Of a stretch of 64,000 nucleotides of DNA, positions 9,045 through 18,935 are shown in pieces (position 1 is the first letter of the stretch; every line of letters starts with the position of its first letter). Origin of the DNA: a virus; the IMG/VR virus record IMGVR_UViG_3300045988_176028. One strand, given 5' to 3'. The position numbers and the translations under genes are program-made. Below the pieces are notes generated by a model. The model was not told where the DNA came from, did not search any database, and saw nothing but the letters and a program-made list of their open reading frames with translations.

Positions 9045-9355
9045 GCGAGCAGGGTGTCTTCGACGTGTTGACGGCTCTGTACGTGGTTGCGTTCTTCCTG
9101 TTCGTCGTTGGGACGATAGTCTGGACGGGGAACAGAAGACGTGCCCGCAAACATCCCGGCAAAGGGTATGCTCCCCGATGGATTCGCTTGGGGACGATAG
9201 TATGCTCACTGTTGGTCGCCTTGTTGGAAATCTGCCTGTTCATAGGCAAATGGGGTTTCCTTGACGGACTGTCATGCGTATTGTGGATTGTGGTGTCGGC
9301 GTTGTGGATTGCCGAATACCGTTTGGAAAGAAGCCAAGAAAGGAAGGCGGGCTGA
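9041..9355 (+). CDS. membrane protein (104 aa, 3 TM helices)
   Basis: Hydrophobic helices. Its stop is adjacent to the next start. Confidence 0.55.
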   Translation: MSEQGVFDVLTALYVVAFFLFVVGTIVWTGNRRRARKHPGKGYAPRWIRLGTIVCSLLVALLEICLFIGKWGFLDGLSCVLWIVVSALWIAEYRLERSQERKAG

Positions 9356-9730
9356 ATGCTTCCATTCCGTAGGTTCAAAGACGACGCGAACGTGCTCGAC
9401 CAGTGCGTGACGATGATTGAGGACACCATTCACGACATTGAGGAATACGTCAACAAGGACGAGCGTAAGACCGAGTCCTTGACGGAGACGCTTTCTTACT
9501 TGATGGACGTGTATAGCGAGATGTTGGACGTGTTGGAAGACGATGACATGACCGTGAATCCGCGACTGCACTATCGCATGTATCCAACGGTTCGCGCCTA
9601 TATTCGGGACTCATGCAACCGTTGCCAGTCGGCAGTGGGACGGTTGGCGCAGTTGGCGAGCGTTCAGGGCGAGTTGGATGGCATCGAATGTTATGCGAAC
9701 GGTGAATTGGATTTCGGTGGTGATTTCTGA
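9356..9730 (+). CDS. hypothetical acidic protein (124 aa)
   Basis: The ATG directly follows the upstream TGA. Confidence 0.5.
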   Translation: MLPFRRFKDDANVLDQCVTMIEDTIHDIEEYVNKDERKTESLTETLSYLMDVYSEMLDVLEDDDMTVNPRLHYRMYPTVRAYIRDSCNRCQSAVGRLAQLASVQGELDGIECYANGELDFGGDF

Positions 9731-9744
9731 AACAAAATCACCGA

Positions 9745-9766
9745 TGTTATACTGAGATTGTTCACA
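9745..9766 (+). promoter_or_regulatory. conserved promoter/leader motif copy
   Basis: TGTTATACT-GAGATT-GTTCACA, 29 nt upstream of ATG 9795. Confidence 0.65.
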
Positions 9767-9794
9767 TAAAAAGTTTTGGAGGAAGGAAGACGAT

Positions 9795-10169
9795 ATGGGC
9801 GCACCATGCGTCATCGCCATGCGAAACGGCGAAGACTTGTACCGTTGGATATTCAGCCCTTACGACGGGAATATCCAATCCGCGGGACGTATGCTTTTCG
9901 ACCATTACGACACTAGAGAGAAAGTAGAACGATTGCTGGATAACGGCGACATCGACCTGCTTGCCCCCGCCGTCGAGGAATGCGAGCCGTTAAGCGAACG
10001 AAGCCCCTACTATTCCGGCGGGCAAGGTTCCACGGACGAACTTCCGATGTTCGGTGAACTGCACACGTACATCTGGCGCGACGGATACGGGTGGGGTTGC
10101 AAACCTATGCTGTGGGAGGCTGTAATGCCCTTGAATCTGTTGCTGGGTGTGGAGAACCCTTGGGTCTGA
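9795..10169 (+). CDS. hypothetical protein (124 aa)
   Basis: GGAGGAAGGAAG RBS. Bounded by motif promoters on both sides. Confidence 0.6.
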   Translation: MGAPCVIAMRNGEDLYRWIFSPYDGNIQSAGRMLFDHYDTREKVERLLDNGDIDLLAPAVEECEPLSERSPYYSGGQGSTDELPMFGELHTYIWRDGYGWGCKPMLWEAVMPLNLLLGVENPWV

Positions 10170-10180
10170 CAGCCAGATTA

Positions 10181-10202
10181 TGCTATAGTGGGCATGTTCA
10201 CA
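10181..10202 (+). promoter_or_regulatory. conserved promoter/leader motif copy
   Basis: TGCTATAGT-GGGCAT-GTTCACA, 21 nt upstream of ATG 10223. Confidence 0.65.
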
Positions 10203-10222
10203 TATTTTGAAAGGCCAAAAAC

Positions 10223-11200
10223 ATGCTCAATTTCGAATCCGTCAACTGTGACGGCAAGCACATCAATTGGGAGTTCAACACGCCCAACGAAGTACATCGA
10301 TTGTTCTGGTCGGATACCTGTCCACTTCCATCCAATGACGACCCAATCGTTCATGCCGAACTAGACGGCAAACCACTGCCGCAATGCAAAGCGTTCCTCG
10401 ACCTTTTACACATGCTTGGATTGGACGAGGAACAATATCCGCCCGAAAAAGGGAAAACCCATAAGCTTATCGCCATCGACTTGGACAACACTCTCGTAGA
10501 CTATACGACAGCGTTCAAGGATTGCATCAGCCAATTACAGAAGAAACCGTTCAACGCTCCCGAACCAACCGACTACGGTTTCGCCTGTGAAGGCTGGTTC
10601 GAAACCCATGCGGAATTCCGTGAATGGCATCATTGGTCGGTGAACGCGGGACTCTATTTACGTGAACACATGTATCCACATGCTATGGAAGCGTTGGTGA
10701 AGCTAATCGGCATGTCGGAAGACAATCGTCTCCTATTCGTCACCTCCCGTGACGACGACCGTGATGATACACGCCGGTGGATGATAGCCATGAATTTCGA
10801 CACAAGCCAGAACCATAACCTGTGTCCCCGCCGTAATCCGGACGACCTGCGACGCACGGAAGGTGACGCCGTATTCGCCTCGGACATCAGGCGAATGGCC
10901 GAAAAAGACTGGTATGAGAAAGACCCCATTACCAGCATCGGATACACTTACACGCCGTCACATCGAGATATCCCTTACTGTCATCTCAAGCAGAAGAACC
11001 TGCTCAAAGCCGACCTGTACATTGAGGACAATCCCATAATGTTGGACACTCTCATACGAGAAGGACTCCCCGTCTTGGCGAAACGCCACGGCTACAACGT
11101 GGAACAGTGCGAACGATTGGAGCATGAGGGCGGTGGAGCTGTGTTCGACTCGTGGAGCGAAGTGCCCGAACTGGTTGACCGGATTTTGGGAAAGGAATGA
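10223..11200 (+). CDS. HAD-superfamily hydrolase, 5'(3')-deoxyribonucleotidase-like, with ~80 aa N-terminal extension
   Basis: HAD motif I IAIDLDNTLVD (DxDxT), motif II FVTSRDD, and a distal K...DLYIEDN. Confidence 0.55.
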   Translation: MLNFESVNCDGKHINWEFNTPNEVHRLFWSDTCPLPSNDDPIVHAELDGKPLPQCKAFLDLLHMLGLDEEQYPPEKGKTHKLIAIDLDNTLVDYTTAFKDCISQLQKKPFNAPEPTDYGFACEGWFETHAEFREWHHWSVNAGLYLREHMYPHAMEALVKLIGMSEDNRLLFVTSRDDDRDDTRRWMIAMNFDTSQNHNLCPRRNPDDLRRTEGDAVFASDIRRMAEKDWYEKDPITSIGYTYTPSHRDIPYCHLKQKNLLKADLYIEDNPIMLDTLIREGLPVLAKRHGYNVEQCERLEHEGGGAVFDSWSEVPELVDRILGKE

Positions 11201-11700
11201 CGTTGAGAAAAAGAAAACCCGTGGTATACGGTTTCAGAGACCCCGCATTAAGCCTACTGCCGTTGGGTGCATGCCCGTACTGTGGAGGAAAAGTCACGTT
11301 CGACTTAGTGCAAGTGACATCCGACTCCAAGCTGTTCTCCCGCCCAGAGGGTTTTATCGTTTGGTGTGTGAAGTGCGAGAACGCGTGCGACTTGGAGCAT
11401 TTCGTCAGGCTTCACGGCGAATGGGATAGCCCATACAAGGATGATGCGGTCGGGATACTCCGCGAAGAATGGGCCGGAGCGTGCTCCAAGTTGAAGAATC
11501 TCAAACCCTGCGGTAGATGCGGAGTCAAACCGGTTTGGAGAATTCAACCCGACTCAGCCCGCGTGGAGTGTCCCAAATGTGGCAACGGATTCTCGGACGA
11601 CTCGGAATACTACGAGATAGGACGTCTGGCTCTGAAGTGGACCATGAGCCAGTCCGGACAGGGCGACGCGTACCGTTTGGAATCGATGCTGAACGGCTGA
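11197..11700 (+). CDS. double zinc-ribbon protein (Lar-like CPxCG modules)
   Basis: CPYCGGKV...CVKCENAC and CGRCGVKP...CPKCGNGF. ATGA overlap with the upstream gene. Confidence 0.5.
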   Translation: MTLRKRKPVVYGFRDPALSLLPLGACPYCGGKVTFDLVQVTSDSKLFSRPEGFIVWCVKCENACDLEHFVRLHGEWDSPYKDDAVGILREEWAGACSKLKNLKPCGRCGVKPVWRIQPDSARVECPKCGNGFSDDSEYYEIGRLALKWTMSQSGQGDAYRLESMLNG

Positions 11701-11730
11701 ATATCCTACTCAAGGGAAAGGACCGGGGGA

Positions 11731-12150
11731 ATGATAGAACAGGACAAGAAGCCCGTCATCAAGGCCGTGGCCTACGAGGTGAGGCATGAGCCGGAGGATG
11801 AATACGATTTCGGATATTCTGAAACCCGCTACCGGCTCGTGAACATGGACACGGGTGAGATTGTGGATGACGCGCAAGGCTACGGGTACAAGACCGCCGC
11901 CGGGGCGCATCGCGCGTACGGATACAAGAGCATGCCGAAGAGTCGGAAGAGGAAAATCGCTTCCGTCAAGGAACGTGCGCGCCGCTTCCGCGAGGACAAT
12001 CCGAGTTTCGTGGACGACTTGGAGTACGGCATGCTGAACGCGTGCAAGGAAGGCGTCGAATACACGTTCGAGGATTTCAAGGAACTGCTGGACGAGGAGA
12101 AGCCTGACTTGAAAGGACTGACGGCGGAGCAGTTGTTTCGATACATCTGA
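11731..12150 (+). CDS. hypothetical protein (139 aa)
   Basis: An ORF with a GGAAAGGACCGGGGGA purine-rich leader and charged composition. Confidence 0.5.
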   Translation: MIEQDKKPVIKAVAYEVRHEPEDEYDFGYSETRYRLVNMDTGEIVDDAQGYGYKTAAGAHRAYGYKSMPKSRKRKIASVKERARRFREDNPSFVDDLEYGMLNACKEGVEYTFEDFKELLDEEKPDLKGLTAEQLFRYI

Positions 12151-12180
12151 TTCTTCTTCGATTTTCTATTACGGTTAAAT

Positions 12181-12221
12181 GGGGTGTCTAAGAATATCTT
12201 TTTCAGGCACCCTTTGCTTTT
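12181..12221 (+). terminator. rho-independent terminator
   Basis: GGGTG...CACCC stem followed by TTTGCTTTT. Confidence 0.5.
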
Positions 12222-12243
12222 GATTGACTAGCGTCCTCTTTCT

Positions 12244-12265
12244 TGTTATACTGGTAGTGTCCACA
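12244..12265 (+). promoter_or_regulatory. conserved promoter/leader motif copy
   Basis: TGTTATACT-GGTAGT-GTCCACA ends 1 nt before ATG 12267, giving a near-leaderless arrangement. Confidence 0.6.
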
Positions 12266-12266
12266 T

Positions 12267-12848
12267 ATGGGCGTGGTTGGCCAACCGCCAATCCCGCCCC
12301 ACATCAATTACAACCAGAAGGAAACACCTGCATTGGGTATCGAAATCTACGAACAGGACAAGTACGCAACCCATGTCGTCACCAGCAAAGGTGAAATCAA
12401 ATACGAGTGCAGTGCCCGCAACGTGGCCGAAGCCATCGTCAAAGAACACAACAAGCACAACGACGGGGAACCGTGGCATGTCGGTACCACCGTCACCTTG
12501 GTCAGCGCCAAAAACATCACATGGCGTGCCGAAGCGCTCATCGACTGGGATAAGGTCAAGACCGGCAAGAACACTCCCAACAAGTGTGTGAAGGTCACTG
12601 CTTCGGAAACCCAGACGAACTTGCAGGAAAGCAAGCCGAAGGTCAGCGCCACCTATCTGTTGTCCGACGGTGACAAGCCGGAAAACTACATGCGTTGGCA
12701 TGCCACGGCGTCCGATAAGGATGTAGCCATGGTGTTGGCGAAACAGGCGGCTGTCAAGGCTTTGGAAGCCTATCTTGAGAAGATTGGCAAGACCGTCAAG
12801 ACTTCGGTCAAGCCGACCGTAAAGCCGTCCGGGAAGGTTGCTAAATGA
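12267..12848 (+). CDS. hypothetical protein (193 aa)
   Basis: ORF-track frame. Alternative TTG start at 12333 with a GAAGGAAA RBS. Confidence 0.5.
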   Translation: MGVVGQPPIPPHINYNQKETPALGIEIYEQDKYATHVVTSKGEIKYECSARNVAEAIVKEHNKHNDGEPWHVGTTVTLVSAKNITWRAEALIDWDKVKTGKNTPNKCVKVTASETQTNLQESKPKVSATYLLSDGDKPENYMRWHATASDKDVAMVLAKQAAVKALEAYLEKIGKTVKTSVKPTVKPSGKVAK

Positions 12849-13402
12849 GCGACCGGAACAAAGCTGACGAGAATCCGGATGACGAGTATTTGTTGGACGC
12901 GCTTCGAGACTTAGACCCCACGCCAATCGAGGAGCTTATCGACAAGTCCAACATGGATGACGGGTCGAAGAAACGGTTCCATGAATCACTGCGAGCGCAT
13001 GACTCCAATATCGCACGGGAACAGTCGGTGAAGATTGCCGTCGGTGAGGCGTTGCGGGAATTGGACAGGTTGAGTGAACGGTTGGATGAAATCAGCGCGT
13101 TGACCGTGTGGGATTCCAGCCGTCCGTTGTCCGATGCTATTCCTTCCGTCGAGGCAATCCGCGTCATCCTCAAGCAGATACGCGGACATGACAATGGTTG
13201 TGTGGATTCCGATTCTCGAATCCGTTATCGTCTGGTGTGTGATGTGGACGGTGGTGTCCTGCCGTTGCTCGGTCAAATGTCGGACGGGGCTGATGGGTTG
13301 GTGTATCTGAAGAACGTGCTTGACGCTTGCAAGTCTGCCAATATCGAGGGGAATCCGCGTATTCAGTACGCGTATGTGACCGGTTGGAGGGACTTGAACT
13401 GA
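12845..13402 (+). CDS. hypothetical protein (185 aa)
   Basis: ATGA overlap with the upstream gene. Confidence 0.55.
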   Translation: MSDRNKADENPDDEYLLDALRDLDPTPIEELIDKSNMDDGSKKRFHESLRAHDSNIAREQSVKIAVGEALRELDRLSERLDEISALTVWDSSRPLSDAIPSVEAIRVILKQIRGHDNGCVDSDSRIRYRLVCDVDGGVLPLLGQMSDGADGLVYLKNVLDACKSANIEGNPRIQYAYVTGWRDLN

Positions 13403-13403
13403 A

Positions 13404-14375
13404 ATGTCCAAGTTCGACAAGACGGCCGTGTATGGGAGGGAGAATCCGTTCATTCCCTCCCCTGAGACCATGGACGCTTTAAAGGACGCGCTCATCGAGG
13501 AGGCGGATGAACGTTCCGACATGCTTATCGGCATGACCACCGCGCCTGATGGGAGGAAGGTTCTTCGCCGTCAGAGCGCGGGACGCAACACCGGATGGCG
13601 TTCCCTTATCGGCTTGCGTTACCGTATCCAAACCAAGGAGGAGGCCGACGAACTCCGTTTGGATTATCGTCGTTTCTTCGAGGGGTACGTGGAGCGAACC
13701 GACAGAAGCGAGCGCCGCAACCTGTTGGATTTGGAGCATAAGACCGTGGACGGCACGTACCGTTACACGGTCGAGGGTCTGGTGGCCGACTGTGACGAGA
13801 GCAGTGTGTCGAACGGGTATGTGTCGCGCCTGTGTCTGATGTTTCCTCATGTGGTGAATTCGGATGGTTCGCAGACGCTTATCGACTCGCATATTTGGCT
13901 TGCCACGTTCGTGAAGAACACTATTATCCGTCCCGACCGTATCGAACCTCATAATGGTTCCGCCGACCGGCTGATGACGATTCGGTTGGGTGACACGTTG
14001 CGTGTGGACGCCGGATTGTGCGCGTACACGGATAAGCGTGGCCGTCACCGTTTCGGCTTGGCGGATTGGACTCCGTTGGACTCGCATTTGAGGTATCTGC
14101 AACTCCGTTCGGATGGTACCACCACTCCGCGTGTGGTCAGCGAGCGCCTGTGTGGGCGTGAGTATGATATCTGCTGGTTGGAGCGGGATGGTAGGCCGGG
14201 TTTCCGTTCGGTGATGTTGGATGGGTTGAATGCTCGCGTGAAGGCGGGTTGGAGTTCGTATGATTGGCGTCATCGTCCGTTTCTGTCGGATGGTGATGGG
14301 TTCCCGTCCGTTTGTCTTGACCAGTATTTGACGCTTGACCCGTATAAGGGTGAGGCTCACGTGGTGTCCCGGTAG
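13404..14375 (+). CDS. hypothetical protein (323 aa)
   Basis: Starts 2 nt after the upstream stop. No family recognised. Confidence 0.6.
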   Translation: MSKFDKTAVYGRENPFIPSPETMDALKDALIEEADERSDMLIGMTTAPDGRKVLRRQSAGRNTGWRSLIGLRYRIQTKEEADELRLDYRRFFEGYVERTDRSERRNLLDLEHKTVDGTYRYTVEGLVADCDESSVSNGYVSRLCLMFPHVVNSDGSQTLIDSHIWLATFVKNTIIRPDRIEPHNGSADRLMTIRLGDTLRVDAGLCAYTDKRGRHRFGLADWTPLDSHLRYLQLRSDGTTTPRVVSERLCGREYDICWLERDGRPGFRSVMLDGLNARVKAGWSSYDWRHRPFLSDGDGFPSVCLDQYLTLDPYKGEAHVVSR

Positions 14376-14394
14376 TTGGATTGAGAGGATTTTT

Positions 14395-15039
14395 GTGTTG
14401 AGGAATTGTCTTAAAAAGGGTTTCCGTCCGGTGGCCGTGCTGGTTGTGGCGGTTCTGATGTGTTCGCTCGGCGGATGTTCGGATAGTGAGTCGGGTTGGT
14501 TGGAGGGCAGAGCGTTCACCATGAACGCGTATAGCAACACCGGTGAGCTGACGTTGACGAGTCATGCCGAGAAAATCGGGTTGGACGGCAATGTGACCAC
14601 CGACTCCCGTTACTACGGCATCGGCACCAATGGTTCGGTTTCCTCCGGCTCGACCGATTCCCTGTCTTCGGTCATTACCGTGACCCTTGACGGCAGGGAG
14701 TTGGATTCCTGTGGGGATACGCTCATCTTCACCGAGGATGGGTTGGAACCGGTCAAGGATTTCGCCGCCGACGCTCTCAAATCTCAGGACACGGAGAAGA
14801 CGACCGGTACCGGTTCAACGTCGCAATTGTTGAACCGGTATAAGGATTCTTTTGCCAAGAAGCATGTCGTGGTCATCAAAAGCCAGATGGGAACGCCGAT
14901 TGAAGTGTTCAACGGTGACACCATCAAATGGGATATAGACGACAATCTGCCTAAAACAACAAGGCTCATGGTCGATGGTAAAACGCTATACATTCATCGG
15001 GCGAACTTCCAAATCTTGGACAAGGATTCGTTGCAGTGA
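14395..15039 (+). CDS. lipoprotein (214 aa)
   Basis: GTG 14395 gives MLRNCLKKGFRPVAVLVVAVLMCSLGGC, with lipobox LGGC. Confidence 0.6.
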   Translation: MLRNCLKKGFRPVAVLVVAVLMCSLGGCSDSESGWLEGRAFTMNAYSNTGELTLTSHAEKIGLDGNVTTDSRYYGIGTNGSVSSGSTDSLSSVITVTLDGRELDSCGDTLIFTEDGLEPVKDFAADALKSQDTEKTTGTGSTSQLLNRYKDSFAKKHVVVIKSQMGTPIEVFNGDTIKWDIDDNLPKTTRLMVDGKTLYIHRANFQILDKDSLQ

Positions 15040-15410
15040 GCCACGATACCGAACCGGAGGAGGTCAAGTTGGTCAGCATCGTAGAGAGGGAGGCCGAGGA
15101 AGCGTATCCCGTCCAATACTGGGATGGTTCCGACATCAAGAAAACGTTCGAGGCCGACAGTGACTATTTGCAGGAAGCCTATATGAACGGGCGTCTCCAC
15201 CCCGCTTGCGGGGAGGAGGTGGAGGCCGTGGCGAAACATCTCATGTGGGCTGACGAAATCCCGCGATGGGAGAAGACCTACGGCGAGGCTCCCGATGAGG
15301 ATTTCTTCTGGAAGCGGGCCGAAACGGTCGGCGCACGCGACGGATATCTGACTCTAGCCAAGGAGCTTCTGGAAATCGCGCGGAAGAAAGTCGAGGAGGG
15401 ACTACTGTGA
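15036..15410 (+). CDS. hypothetical acidic protein (124 aa)
   Basis: Overlaps the upstream stop. Confidence 0.55.
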   Translation: MSHDTEPEEVKLVSIVEREAEEAYPVQYWDGSDIKKTFEADSDYLQEAYMNGRLHPACGEEVEAVAKHLMWADEIPRWEKTYGEAPDEDFFWKRAETVGARDGYLTLAKELLEIARKKVEEGLL

Positions 15411-15492
15411 TTCGACTGGCCGAGACACGGGGAAAACTCATCGCCGTCTACCGTGGAACGGAACCCAATGCGAACGGGCCGGACAATCCGAT

Positions 15493-15654
15493 ATGCGAGC
15501 CGCCATGGTCTTGTACCGATGCGAGAACGATTGGCCCGACGGCAAGCCCGACGACCGTGGACTCCTGTTGCGGTGGAATGGGATGTCCGAGGATGAGCGC
15601 GACGAGTATACGAATCGTGTCCTTCCGGTGTTGGAGGCTTTTCTGGACTACTAG
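15493..15654 (+). CDS. possible small protein (53 aa); frame uncertain
   Basis: MRAAMVLYRCENDWPDGKPDDRGLLLRWNGMSEDERDEYTNRVLPVLEAFLDY ends before the next promoter. The competing ORF 15407..15691 runs through that promoter. Confidence 0.3.
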   Translation: MRAAMVLYRCENDWPDGKPDDRGLLLRWNGMSEDERDEYTNRVLPVLEAFLDY

Positions 15655-15664
15655 ACGCAAACTA

Positions 15665-15686
15665 TGCTATAGTGGATGTGTTCACA
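15665..15686 (+). promoter_or_regulatory. conserved promoter/leader motif copy
   Basis: TGCTATAGT-GGATGT-GTTCACA, 36 nt upstream of ATG 15722. Confidence 0.65.
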
Positions 15687-15721
15687 CATAAAGAGTTTTC
15701 AGGCAAAGAAGGAAATAAACC

Positions 15722-16237
15722 ATGGACACGTCCGCCACCTTGAAGGAACAGATACAGGCTTTGATGGACTCGCTGGCCGACACCGCACTATCCGCCGCCG
15801 AGTCGCGCCATCAAAGTCAGGCCGGAGAAGCCCACCTGCTGTATGCGCTTTACCGGAACGATGGACTCGTAGGCTCGATGCTCCGGGGACACGGGTTGGA
15901 ATCCTCGGAAATCCGGCTCCTCATGTCCGATATTCCGAACCGTCCATTGAAAATGGGAGAAGACCCGGTATTGTCCGCTTCCAGCCGTCACATACTGCAC
16001 GACGCCCACGACGCGGTGGAAGTGTTACGCCAAGTGCAACGTGATAGTCATGTCGAACTCCTGCTCCGCGCCCATGGCATCGAACTGCCCGAACGTCAAC
16101 CCACTCGGGAGCAGGTCGAGGCGGCGTCAAGAACCGGCGTCAACCTAGCCCAGACCGTCAGCCCCAACCGTGGACGTCAGGTCGGTGTGGACTATCTCTC
16201 CTACACTCGGCTCATGCTCGAAGCCGCGTTGAACTGA
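15722..16237 (+). CDS. Clp_N (Clp R-domain)-like protein
   Basis: AGEAHLLYALYRNDGLVGSMLRGHGL resembles a Clp N-terminal repeat. The C-terminus RLMLEAALN is shared with 16646..17206. Confidence 0.5.
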   Translation: MDTSATLKEQIQALMDSLADTALSAAESRHQSQAGEAHLLYALYRNDGLVGSMLRGHGLESSEIRLLMSDIPNRPLKMGEDPVLSASSRHILHDAHDAVEVLRQVQRDSHVELLLRAHGIELPERQPTREQVEAASRTGVNLAQTVSPNRGRQVGVDYLSYTRLMLEAALN

Positions 16238-16262
16238 ACGAAACCAGCCGGAAGGAATACCC

Positions 16263-16649
16263 ATGGAAAACACTGAGATGAAAAACGGGGAGACGGACGC
16301 CGTGGATGCAATCATCGCATGGTTGGACGAGTGGATAGACAGGACGGAAAAGACCATGTCCGCCGGTGAGGACGATTTTTCATGGCTTGCCGACCGTGAA
16401 TACCTGCAAGCCTACCGAAACGCCCGCTCGCACATGACAGCCCTGCGCGGCACGGACGAATGCACGGTGCGGCATCTGGCCGAATGGTGCGGGATTCGTA
16501 AGAGGGAGGCGAAGAACAGTCTGCAACGACTGTTGAAATCGAACATCCCGTATGGAGATGATTCCATCACCTGCGCCGATTCGAGAAGGTTCGCCTACCA
16601 ACTGATAATCGACCGTTGCGAAGAAGAAGACAAGGAGGTTCGGAAGTGA
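16263..16649 (+). CDS. hypothetical protein (128 aa)
   Basis: GGAAGGAATACCC RBS. GTGA overlap with the next gene. Confidence 0.5.
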   Translation: MENTEMKNGETDAVDAIIAWLDEWIDRTEKTMSAGEDDFSWLADREYLQAYRNARSHMTALRGTDECTVRHLAEWCGIRKREAKNSLQRLLKSNIPYGDDSITCADSRRFAYQLIIDRCEEEDKEVRK

Positions 16650-17206
16650 CCAATACGACAATCAGCGACATCGTCCGGTACGCGGACAAGACCGCCCGCG
16701 AACGGAACGTGAAGTGGATGGACACGACCATCCTGCTCAAGTCCCTCCTCTGGTCGGCCAGTGAAGCCTATCGCATTCTCCAACGTGGCGGACTGGGATA
16801 TTCGGAAGACAACCCCGACTATCTGGCGAGATTCGACCGAGAGCTGGTGAGATTCGACAACGAACCGTTGGAGGAAGGCGAGAAGCCACGGTTCACTCCG
16901 GTCGCCTTACGGTTGGTCGAGCATGCGAACAGTCCACTCGCACTGTTGAGGGCGATGCAACACACCGACTGCGAGGGCAATCTGATTCTCAAAGAACATT
17001 GGATATGGCCCCCCGAACATGAGCCGACGGACGAGCAGGTGGAACGCGCCGCCGAAGCCGGATACTTCCTTTCCGCCCGCTCCTACTTCTCCTACGGAAA
17101 CCTGAAACCATGGGGCAAGGTGAAGCAAACGTCCAAGGAGAAGTGGCGGGAATGGGCGCGGCTCATGCTCGAAGCCACACTCAACGGAACGGAAGAACCA
17201 TGTTGA
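16646..17206 (+). CDS. Clp_N-like protein, paralogue of 15722..16237
   Basis: AAGGAGG RBS precedes GTG 16646. The C-terminal EQVERAAEAG...RLMLEATLNG parallels the paralogue. Confidence 0.5.
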   Translation: MTNTTISDIVRYADKTARERNVKWMDTTILLKSLLWSASEAYRILQRGGLGYSEDNPDYLARFDRELVRFDNEPLEEGEKPRFTPVALRLVEHANSPLALLRAMQHTDCEGNLILKEHWIWPPEHEPTDEQVERAAEAGYFLSARSYFSYGNLKPWGKVKQTSKEKWREWARLMLEATLNGTEEPC

Positions 17207-17802
17207 ACATCAACGGCGTGAATATCGAATACCAGTACGACGGCGCTCACGACGCGCGTCCAACCGAACATACGTTGCACGGCTTGGACGGGTTGAATCT
17301 GTCAGGCTTGGATTGGATGCGCCTGTCACACGTATGTCGTCTCATGGCCGCACGCGACCGTAAGCCGGAGCGGACGTTCGTACGCGTATCCGGTTGGACG
17401 GCGGACAGGCCGAACATGAGGCTCATCATGGACGTGATTCAAGACGACGACGGTACGGACAGCGTGCCACTGCCGCTCACATCCGACTGTCTACTGGTTG
17501 ATTCCGCCGAATGCGACAACCGATGCCAATACGGATGGTTGAGCGTGCTGGAACAGCTGCCCGAACATGTGGACTACGGTCGGTTGGACGAGACCGGCAT
17601 GCAGGTCGTGGACTGGCTGAACGGCATGGCCGACCCGTCACCGGAAATCTTCGAGGATTGGGAGGCCATCAGCCTTATACGACAGAACGTCTATGAGGAC
17701 GAACCGACCGAACTGGCGGACCTATTGCGTTCCACCACCCGGACGGAACGCGACGAATGCTTCGAAATGCTGGAACAGGTGGAAACGGGGAGGCCATTGT
17801 GA
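17200..17802 (+). CDS. hypothetical protein (200 aa)
   Basis: ATG 17200 within ORF 17110..17802. Overlaps the upstream stop. Confidence 0.5.
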   Translation: MLNINGVNIEYQYDGAHDARPTEHTLHGLDGLNLSGLDWMRLSHVCRLMAARDRKPERTFVRVSGWTADRPNMRLIMDVIQDDDGTDSVPLPLTSDCLLVDSAECDNRCQYGWLSVLEQLPEHVDYGRLDETGMQVVDWLNGMADPSPEIFEDWEAISLIRQNVYEDEPTELADLLRSTTRTERDECFEMLEQVETGRPL

Positions 17803-18164
17803 TGAACGACTGGCTGCGCGTCAAAACCATTGGCGGCGACGACTACGAATGCCGCATGACCATTCTGAAAACGGACGATACGACCATCACCGTCACCCGC
17901 CCTTGGCATCACCATTGGACGGACGGCTGGGATTGGAAGACCATCATCCGCCAATGGCTGTCCGACGCGCCGGAAACATTCGAACCATACGACGGATTGG
18001 CTGAATGGCTCAGCGACGCGGATTCGGAACGTATCGACTGCTGGCAGTGCCTGAGTTGGCTCGCCAACCGACGGCGGTCGGCCGTCGAATTCCTATCGGA
18101 TGAGGAAAAGAAACGGCTTGCGTCCAGATTGGGTTTCGAGCGGATTGCGGGGCAGGAACGTTGA
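17802..18164 (+). CDS. hypothetical protein (120 aa)
   Basis: TGATG start/stop overlap. Trp-rich. Confidence 0.5.
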   Translation: MNDWLRVKTIGGDDYECRMTILKTDDTTITVTRPWHHHWTDGWDWKTIIRQWLSDAPETFEPYDGLAEWLSDADSERIDCWQCLSWLANRRRSAVEFLSDEEKKRLASRLGFERIAGQER

Positions 18165-18826
18165 GCGGTTTTCGCAAGAGATTGCTGATATTCTTGTCCG
18201 CATTGCCAGCCCTCGTGTTGCTCATTGTCTTGACGGGCAGTTGGCGAATACTGTTGACGCCAGCCGTGATAGCGTTCCTGAAGGATGTGATACGCACGCT
18301 GTGGTGTGGGCTGCTCTTCGGCGTGGGGATGTCCGTATTTCTTTTCGTGGCGTCCACCATGTTCGACCATGCGAAGGATTCGCTTGAATCATGGAAGTGC
18401 GTCCCCTACCTGACCGTGAGCCTCCTGCTGCCGGTCGTCGGCTTGTGGGCTGCGTGCAGGCTTGCGGACCAGCCTTCGTCGGGTAATGGTGTCGGCCTGC
18501 TACTGGGCGTCGTGCTGGGTGTGCTGTTGTTTGAGCAGGTGTGGCCTTGGCTATCGCCCGCATGGGTGTCCAATTACCTGACGTTAGAGGAACGGTATTC
18601 GGAACCGTCCGACTGGAAACCCAAGGACGGACTACTTCCTCCCTACTGGATGCGCGCATACAAAATCGCCTATCCGACCGTCCAAGGCACGAACGACACC
18701 CGCCCGCACCCGGAATGGGTCGAACAGCACGCTGACGACCTGCGGTTCCTACACGACCATCATGCGGATATGTACTGGAAGCTCGAAGATGCGATTTGGT
18801 GGATTGAAAAGGCGGACAAATCGTAA
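18161..18826 (+). CDS. multi-pass membrane protein (221 aa)
   Basis: TTG start overlapping the upstream stop. At least 4 hydrophobic helices. Confidence 0.55.
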   Translation: MSGFRKRLLIFLSALPALVLLIVLTGSWRILLTPAVIAFLKDVIRTLWCGLLFGVGMSVFLFVASTMFDHAKDSLESWKCVPYLTVSLLLPVVGLWAACRLADQPSSGNGVGLLLGVVLGVLLFEQVWPWLSPAWVSNYLTLEERYSEPSDWKPKDGLLPPYWMRAYKIAYPTVQGTNDTRPHPEWVEQHADDLRFLHDHHADMYWKLEDAIWWIEKADKS

Positions 18827-18935
18827 CCGACCCGTATGTTCGCCGCGCCAACGGCATCAGACCGAAGCGCATGTGGCGACCGTACTGGCGCAACGGCTTC
18901 GTCGAACCCGAAGAATCGAAAGGAAAAGATAACCA

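Noticed and set aside
13479-14540. 353 aa and 142 aa ORFs antisense to 13404..14375
   Set aside because: The composition is Arg/Thr/Pro/His-rich and not protein-like. They fully overlap a better-supported plus-strand operon gene.
15407-15691. 94 aa ORF following 15036..15410
   Set aside because: Its 3' half is Cys/Arg/Trp-rich and runs through the promoter motif at 15665. A different frame (15493..15654) gives a more protein-like product. A frameshift or two small genes cannot be distinguished without reads.
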